DNA from: Rebecca billardiae RCC1528 | Taxonomy: Eukaryota > Protista > Haptophyta | Direction of reading: 5' to 3' | NCBI GenBank assembly: GCA_965240325.2 | Contig: OZ251226.1 | Location: 3,410,001-3,474,000 of the forward strand | Length of the DNA stretch: 64,000 bases | Shown here: positions 57,554 through 64,000 of the stretch, piece after piece | Position numbering within the stretch: the first letter of the stretch is position 1 | Layout of the letters: every line of letters begins with the position of its first letter | Made by a program: the position numbers and the translations under genes | The notes under the pieces: model-generated | What the model was told of the DNA's origin: nothing | Database searches by the model: none | Seen by the model: only the letters and a program-made list of their open reading frames with translations

Positions 57554-59149
57554 TCAAGCGCGCGCTGGAAATGCAAAACGGAAATAAAAGTCACCGCCCG
57601 ATTTTCTCCCGCCCTGGGCGCCGCGCCCCCAGCGGTCATCCGCGCAGGCAAGCACGCGCGGCAGCGCGTCGATGAGCATCGGCGAGCCGCCTCGTCTCCG
57701 CAGCCCTGGCGGCAGCTGGTCCTCGGCGTCGGCCGTGCTCACGCCCTGGCCGAGGGCCGCGCACGGCTGCCCCGCAGAGTACACGCGCCCGCCCGCCGTC
57801 ACGAAGAGCGCGTGCATGAGGCCGGACGCGCAGCCGGTGATGCACTCTGGCAGCAGCGCTTGGATGCGGCTGGGCGCTGCAAACTGCACAGCCGATGTCC
57901 TCACCCCGAGCTGGCCGTACTCATTGTCGCCAAACGTGCGCACGCTGCCGTTCGCGCCCAGCACCGCGCTGCACTCAAAGCCAGCGCACGCGCGCACGGC
58001 GCGCATGCCCGCAAGGGCCTCGATGCGCGCGGGCGCAAGGCGTCGGGAGTAATCGCAATGTCCGAGCTCGCCATTGCTGCCCTCGCCAAACGCATGCACA
58101 GCGCCCGCCGCGTCCACCACCAGGCAGTGCCCAAAGCCCGCGCTCGCGTGCACGGCGCGCGCGCCCGCGAGCGCCTCGATGCGCCTCGGCGTGTGCCGTT
58201 GCAGCTTGTCGCCGTGGCCGAGACGGCCATTCCGACCTTCGCCACACGAGTGCACAGCGCCATCAATCGAGACCAAGAGCGTGTGCGTGCCCCCCGCAGC
58301 AAGTCCACCCACGCGCACGCCGTCCAGCGCCTCGATGCGCGTCGGCTCCAGCCGGTCCTCCGTGTCGCCGTGGCCGAGCTGGCCGTGGTAGTTGTGGCCC
58401 CAGCTGTACGCACACCCAGCTGCAGTGAGTGCGAGGCTGTGGCAATGCCCTGCGGTAACGCCCACGGCAGGAGTACCATGCGACACGGCGACAAGAGCGA
58501 ACGAACGTCGCGTCTGCGTGTGCCCTAGCCCGAGCTGACCGCACTCGTTGTGGCCGCAGCCGTACACGGCGCCGGCGTCGCTCAGCGCGAGCAGGTGGGC
58601 CCAGCCAGCGGCCACCGCGACCACATGCACCGCGCTCAGCGAGGCCACGCGCGACGGCCGCGACACCGCCGATACACCGCAGTGGCCAAGAGCAACGTGT
58701 GCTAGATAATCGTCGGTCGGCTCCCCGGTGTCCTCGTCCCACACCGCCTCCTCGCCGCACGTGTGCAGCCCGCCCTCCGCGTCCACAAACGCGCTGAAGC
58801 CAGCGCCGGCCACCACCGTGGATGCGTGCGCGCACACGAGTACGAGCACGCGCTCACGCGCAAAGAGCTCCTCCGTCCAGCTGCACACGCCCGCTGGCAG
58901 CTCGGTGGGCAGCAGCGCGTGCGCGTGCCCGCGGGCACGAGCGCGCTCGCGCAGCGCGTGCTCGACAGGCGAGCGGCCGCCGGGCGTGCCGCGAAAGACG
59001 CGCGAGGCGGCGTTGGCGGCAGCGAGGTCCGATGGCGACAGGCCAGCAGCGCAAAGGACGCGCTCGATCACCTCCACGGGCAGGTCCGCGAGACGCGCCA
59101 CCGCTGTCGCGGAGAGCGCAGCGCGCTGGTGTTGCGTCGCGGTGGCCAT
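57554..59149 (-). CDS. F-box-like + RCC1-repeat protein
   Basis: LADLPVEVIERVL..DLAAANAASRVFR (F-box-like); repeated AGxxHxL..GxVYxxGxNxxGQLGxG units; exact 3' end uncertain. Confidence 0.85.
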   Translation of the reverse strand: MATATQHQRAALSATAVARLADLPVEVIERVLCAAGLSPSDLAAANAASRVFRGTPGGRSPVEHALRERARARGHAHALLPTELPAGVCSWTEELFARERVLVLVCAHASTVVAGAGFSAFVDAEGGLHTCGEEAVWDEDTGEPTDDYLAHVALGHCGVSAVSRPSRVASLSAVHVVAVAAGWAHLLALSDAGAVYGCGHNECGQLGLGHTQTRRSFALVAVSHGTPAVGVTAGHCHSLALTAAGCAYSWGHNYHGQLGHGDTEDRLEPTRIEALDGVRVGGLAAGGTHTLLVSIDGAVHSCGEGRNGRLGHGDKLQRHTPRRIEALAGARAVHASAGFGHCLVVDAAGAVHAFGEGSNGELGHCDYSRRLAPARIEALAGMRAVRACAGFECSAVLGANGSVRTFGDNEYGQLGVRTSAVQFAAPSRIQALLPECITGCASGLMHALFVTAGGRVYSAGQPCAALGQGVSTADAEDQLPPGLRRRGGSPMLIDALPRVLACADDRWGRGAQGGRKSGGDFYFRFAFPARA

Positions 59150-59324
59150 GATGCGCATCGGCCATCCGCAAAAGCGACCGATCCGGCTTTTGACAAACAG
59201 TCCGGTGAAGCACAGATCTGAGATCTGCGGCAGGCTGACTTCTTTGGGCTGGGCAGACGGCGGCGCTCGCCGCTCGGCCGCGTTGCGGCCGGCGGCGACC
59301 GAGCGGTCATCACTCATCAACACC

Positions 59325-62174
59325 ATGGCCGCGGGGTTCGGTCTTCGTCGCGCGCTGTGCGCCCTCGCGACCGCGTCGGTGGCGCGCGGCACCACGTCGG
59401 TCGGGCTGCTCAACCTGCGGCTCACCCCGCGCTGCGCCCTCGAGCCGCGCTACCTCCAGCGCGCCCTGGGCGCCGTCCGCTCGCGGCTGTACGTGCGGCT
59501 GGTGGGCGAGTGGGAGGCGGCGGGCTGGGAGCTGTGCACGCACAGGCTGCGCGCCGTGTACGACGAGGCGGCGAGGGCGGCGGCGCTGGGCGCGGCGCCG
59601 GGCTCGGCCCACGCCCCCGAGGTGCGCGTGCTCCTGCCCGGGCCGGCCTTTGACGGCGCGGGCGGCGCTGTGGAGCTCGAGGCCGTGCTGTGCTGCGAGG
59701 GTGCGGCCGACGAGCACGCGCGCGGCGCCGAGGCCGCGGTGGAGGCGCTCAACGACGCGCGCGCCGCGCTCGGGCTCGGCGCCGTGCGCCGCGTCGTGCT
59801 CCCCGCCGCCGAGGACAACGCCGACGCCGCCCTCCCCGCCGAGCCGGAGCCCGCCGCGCCCGCGCGCCCCGGCGCGCGGCTGCGCGTGCACGCGCACTCG
59901 ACCGTGTGCGTGGGCGGCACCTGGGACCGGCTGCACAGCGGGCACCGGCTGCTGCTCTCCGCGGCGGCGCTCGCGGCGCGCGAGCACCTGATCGTGGGCG
60001 TGAGCGACGCCGCGCTGCTCCGCTCCAAGCTGCTGCCCGAGCTCATCCAGCCCCTCGGCGCGCGCTGCCTGGCGGTGGGTCAGTTTGTCCGCGCGCTCGC
60101 GCCCGCGCTGCGGCTGAGTGTGTGCGCGCTGCACGACGTCGCCGGGCCCGCGGCGGAGCTGGCGGAGATCGGCGCGCTCGTCGTGAGCGAGGAGACCGCC
60201 GAGGGCGCGCGCGCGGTCAACGCGCTCCGCGCCCAGCGCTCGCTGCCCCCGCTGCAGCTGCTGCACGTGCCGCTGGTGGCGCACACGCGGCCGCACGCGC
60301 ACTTGCACAGGCCGCACCCGGCAGCGCCGAGCGCGCCGCGGCCGCAGCGCGCGCAGCGGAGGGGCGCGGCACTGCCGCCGAGCGAGAGCGCGCACCCGCC
60401 GGGCGCGGCGGCGGCGGCCGGCGTGGACGTGGGCGCCGCGGCCGCCGCCGCCGCCGCTGCGTCCGCCGAGCTCAAGCTGAGCTCCACCCACCTGCGGCGC
60501 GCGCAGCTCGCAGCGCTGCTGCCCGCCTCGCCGCTCGCAGCGGCCGCGCCCCGCTGCCCCGGGGAGGCGGCGCCCGACGCGGCGCCGGCGGCGGTGCCGG
60601 GGGCGGAGGCGGGTGCGCGCGGCGCGTGGGCGGAGGAGGAGGAGGCGTGGGCGGAGGAGGCGGAGTGGGGGCGCCGCTCCGCCCCGGGCACGCCGTACAT
60701 CGTCGGCCTCACGGGCGGCATCGCCTCGGGCAAGTCGACCGCCGCGCGCGCGGCCGCGGCGCTCGGCGCGCGCACGGTCGACTGCGACGCGCTCGGCCAC
60801 CGCGCGTACGCGCGTGGCAGCGAGGGGCTGCGCGCCGTGGTCGCGCGGTTTGGCGAGGGCGTGCTCGGCGCGGACGGCTCCATCGACCGCAGGGCCCTCG
60901 GCCAGATCGTCTTCTCCCAGCCCGGCGCGCGGCAGGCCCTCAACGCCATCATGTGGCCGCGCATCGCGCAGCTCGCGCGCGCGGAGGCGGCCGAGGGGGC
61001 GCCGCGCGCCGCGGCGCCGGGGGCGGCTGGGCCGGTGGTGCTGGTGGAGGCGGCGGTGCTGCTCGAGGCGGGCTGGGACGCGTGGGTCGACGAGGTCTGG
61101 GCCGTCGGCGCCTCCCGCCCGCTCGCGCTCGCGCGCATCCGCGAGCGCGACGGCCTCTCCGCCTCGGCGGCGGAGGCGCGCATCGACGCGCAGCTGGGCG
61201 CGGGGCAGCGCGCGGCGCGCAGCCACGTGCTGCTCAGCTCGGAGTGGGGCGCGGCCGAGCTGGCGGCGCAGGTGGCGCGCGCGCTGGACGGCGCGCGCGC
61301 GCGCGCGGCGCGCAGCGCGGCGCCGCCCGCCCCGGGCAGCGCGCGCCACGCGTGGCACGCGCTGTGCGCCCAGCTGCGCGCGCCGCCCGCCGCCGCGCGC
61401 GCGCACTGGCGCCTGCTGCACGACGCGCACGCGGCGCGCGGCGCGGCGCACGCGTGCGCGACGCACGCCGAGCTCACGCTCGCGCGGCTGCGGCCGCTGC
61501 TGGCGATGGCGCGCGCGGAGGGCGCGGCGCTCGGCCTCGGCGCCGCCGACCGCGCGTGCGTCGAGCTCGCCCTCCTCTTCGCGCACGCGCACGCGCGGCC
61601 GCGCGCGCTCGGCGGCAGCCGCGCGGGCTACGCCGCGGCCGCGGCCGCGCTCGCAGAGTTTGGCGCGGACGCCGGGCTGGCGGCGGCGCGGGGCGGCGCG
61701 GCGGCGCACGGCGCGGCGGTGGTGGCGGGCGCCGCGCGCGTGCTCGACGCGCTCGGCGCCGGCGGCGCGCCCGCCCGCGCCGCGCCGCCCGCCACCCCGC
61801 CCGCCGCCCCCTCGCCGCCCTCCTCCGCGGCGCTCTGCCTCGCGGCCGACCTCGAGCTCGCCCCGCTGGCGTGGGGCGGCGCGCGCTACTTCGGCCTCGC
61901 GGACGGGGCGGAGGTGGAGGCGTGTCTGCGCGAGGACGGGGCGGGCGAGGGGGGCGCGGGCGCGGGGGACGGCGCGGACGACGCCGCGTGCTGCGCCGGC
62001 GTGCACGCGCGCCGGCTGCAGGTCGTGAGCGCGCTGCTGCGCAGGCCGCGGCTGTACCGCTGCGACAGCCTGCACGCGCGGCTGGACGCGCACGCGCGCA
62101 CCAACCTGCGCGCCGAGCTGTACCGGCTGGCGGGGCTCGCCGAGCCGACGCCGCCTGGCGCGGAGGCGCGCTGA
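59325..62174 (+). CDS. COASY: Bifunctional CoA synthase (PPAT + dephospho-CoA kinase) with extra C-terminal HD-like domain
   Basis: PPAT: VGGTWDRLHSGH, VVSEET..VN..R, KLSSTHLR. DPCK: IVGLTGGIASGKST, DCDALGH, IDRRALGQIVF, VEAAVLLEAGW. Further ~270 aa follow. Confidence 0.92.
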   Translation: MAAGFGLRRALCALATASVARGTTSVGLLNLRLTPRCALEPRYLQRALGAVRSRLYVRLVGEWEAAGWELCTHRLRAVYDEAARAAALGAAPGSAHAPEVRVLLPGPAFDGAGGAVELEAVLCCEGAADEHARGAEAAVEALNDARAALGLGAVRRVVLPAAEDNADAALPAEPEPAAPARPGARLRVHAHSTVCVGGTWDRLHSGHRLLLSAAALAAREHLIVGVSDAALLRSKLLPELIQPLGARCLAVGQFVRALAPALRLSVCALHDVAGPAAELAEIGALVVSEETAEGARAVNALRAQRSLPPLQLLHVPLVAHTRPHAHLHRPHPAAPSAPRPQRAQRRGAALPPSESAHPPGAAAAAGVDVGAAAAAAAAASAELKLSSTHLRRAQLAALLPASPLAAAAPRCPGEAAPDAAPAAVPGAEAGARGAWAEEEEAWAEEAEWGRRSAPGTPYIVGLTGGIASGKSTAARAAAALGARTVDCDALGHRAYARGSEGLRAVVARFGEGVLGADGSIDRRALGQIVFSQPGARQALNAIMWPRIAQLARAEAAEGAPRAAAPGAAGPVVLVEAAVLLEAGWDAWVDEVWAVGASRPLALARIRERDGLSASAAEARIDAQLGAGQRAARSHVLLSSEWGAAELAAQVARALDGARARAARSAAPPAPGSARHAWHALCAQLRAPPAAARAHWRLLHDAHAARGAAHACATHAELTLARLRPLLAMARAEGAALGLGAADRACVELALLFAHAHARPRALGGSRAGYAAAAAALAEFGADAGLAAARGGAAAHGAAVVAGAARVLDALGAGGAPARAAPPATPPAAPSPPSSAALCLAADLELAPLAWGGARYFGLADGAEVEACLREDGAGEGGAGAGDGADDAACCAGVHARRLQVVSALLRRPRLYRCDSLHARLDAHARTNLRAELYRLAGLAEPTPPGAEAR

Positions 62175-62699
62175 TCGCGGCGGTCGCAGCAGCCGCGTGA
62201 CCAGATTCATTAAAAACACCGCTTCGTCAATGCTACTACGACACGCTCATCTAGTCGTCGTCATCATCCCCCGCACTCTTCGTCTCCTCTGCGCAGTCTA
62301 TACTCTGTCTAGTCAGCTGCTGCGCCGCTCACGCCGTAGTCGCTACGCGCTATCTATACTGCTGCGCGAAGTGACTGCTTACTCATTACGATATTCTACG
62401 ACTGACAGCGACTCGGCTGGCATCACTGCCCGTGCTACATTCCATTGCAGCTGCTACGCGTCATCATCAGCAATATATAATGACCGCGTTCCGCGGTCCT
62501 TTTCCGTAGAACGAACGTAGTTCGGGGCCCGCGGTGGCGGTGCACCCTCCGTCGCAGTCGTCCCGTACACGTGTAACTAGACTCCATCCAGCGGCGCGCC
62601 GCCCCAGCCGCCGCGCCGCCGCCGTCAGCGTGCGCCGAGTGTGGATGTCGGTCGTCGGCCGAGCTGCCCTCATCACAGACGGCCCTTACCTGACCCCCT

Positions 62700-63205
62700 G
62701 CGCGTGCGCGACGGCCGACAGGCGGATGCGACTCGGCGTGATCGACGCACGAGCGCGACTGTTGCACGCCAGGCCACCGGCGGAGCTGACTGACAGCCAG
62801 GGAGCCGGACGGCGCGGGACCGCGCGGATTCGACCGTTCGTTCGGGCCTGCCGCTGACCGTCGTCGCCGCGACGCCAGCAGCGCAGGAGTAGATGATCTG
62901 CAGGTCAGTAGGGTTCGACCTGCGCGCCTGCGCGACGGCCGACAGGCGGGCGCGAGGCGTGAGCGACGCATGAGCGCGACTCTACGTGCACACCAGGCAC
63001 CACGCGGCCGAGCTGACTGACCGCGAGCCAGGGAGCACGGTGCGAGCAGCCATGCAGCACCGGTGCTTGCGCGTGCCGCGCGTGCACGGGGTGACACACC
63101 TCGGTCAGGCTCGGCACGCGTCGCAGAGGCACGGCCAGCTCTGGGCACGCCAGGCGCCCAGGCCACGCGGAGCTGACAGCCACGGGGAGCCGACGGCGCG
63201 CGGCG
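62700..63205. repeat. Imperfect ~225-bp tandem duplication (2 full copies + 1 partial)
   Basis: GCGACGGCCGACAGGCGG at ~62708 and ~62932; GAGCTGAC..AGCCA.GGAGC at ~62783, ~63010, ~63170. Confidence 0.65.
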
Positions 63206-64000
63206 GGGCCGCGGCCAGTTCCGAGTTCGACTTGCGCCTGCTCTGAAGAAGAGTTCTGGGAGACCCTGGCGGAGAGGCATGGCAAGGGGGGCGTGTGGTG
63301 AAGTCGGAGACTCAGAGATCGATCAGTCCGGCATCATGCGCCGCTGCCCCCGAGCTTGCGAGAGCCCGAACACAGGGCGGCGGCTGCGGCGGCGGCGGCG
63401 CGGCCGCGCGCCGGCCGGCCGCGCAGGCATCGACAGGGCGCGGCAGGGGCGTGCGGAGTGACTAGTGAGCGGGCACGAACGCGATGTCGACGGCCGTCGG
63501 GACCCGCCGCAGACGCGCGCTCCAGGCGCCACTCGGCACTTGCCACGCGCACCTGCCCATCGAGCGCCCCCTTGGAGGCTTGGACCAAGAGTCGTCGCGG
63601 CTCGCTCGCCACCCCGAAGGAACCTGCGCGTCACGTGCTTGCGACGGCGGCAGGTTTTGAGCTCGCCAGCTCGGTAAGTCAGTGACTATGGAATGGGCTG
63701 GCAACGAATAGCTGCGCGGGTATTTTCAATAAGGCTTGCGGGTTTTAGACTCTAGATACCAACCGCCGCGAAGCCAAGTTCATATTCATCAAGTTGTCGA
63801 TCAAGGCGGAGGCAAGCTATCACACATGAACGAGAGTCTACCCACAAAATCGCGCTCGTAACGAACCGTTACACTAATGTCACGTCCAGCTGACGTCCAG
63901 ATCGCACTTTACTTAAGGGAATCAGCTGGGCGCGGTTATTTTCGGCCTAATAGACCTCTCTATGCGATCTCAAAAACTCGAAACTCGGTCTCCGCCAGCC

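Noticed and set aside
58590-58620. UVR8 photoreceptor call for the RCC1 protein
   Set aside because: Only one GWxH-like motif rather than the repeated GWRHT triad, and an F-box-like N-terminus is present

Overview
This is eukaryotic nuclear DNA. It is extremely GC/CpG-rich and gene-dense, with short GT-AG spliceosomal introns (donor almost always GTGCGC). Plastid-type proteins (FtsH, LSMT-like) carry ER signal peptides, which points to an alga with a secondary plastid; a haptophyte such as a pavlovophyte is an inference. About 20 protein genes can be supported: a divergent eIF2 fusion gene, a membrane-anchored nucleoside-hydrolase-like protein, a STOP1/ATMIN-type C2H2 zinc-finger protein, a cNMP-binding protein, two protein kinases, MnmG/MTO1, Grx5, a homeodomain protein, a ShKT-SURF4 fusion, FtsH, an LSMT-like SET protein, SART1/Snu66, an acyl-protein thioesterase, DRG1, a coiled-coil protein, an F-box/RCC1 protein and a bifunctional CoA synthase. 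Mobile and repeat content includes a 5'-truncated non-LTR retrotransposon, a MITE with a target-site duplication, a foldback inverted duplication and a dispersed ~40-bp repeat. Top finding: one intronless reading frame, open from the window start to 3347, appears to join the C-terminal part of eIF2-alpha, a complete eIF2-gamma GTPase and the core/zinc finger of eIF2-beta, i.e. a candidate single-chain eIF2. Other unusual architectures are a LINE polyprotein ending in an OTU-like cysteine protease, a CoA synthase with an appended degenerate HD-phosphohydrolase-like domain, a SURF4/Erv29 cargo receptor with luminal ShKT domains, and a WOX-like homeodomain. All domain calls come from motif recognition by eye; no searches were run. 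Most long Arg/Ala-rich ORFs in the track are shadow frames.
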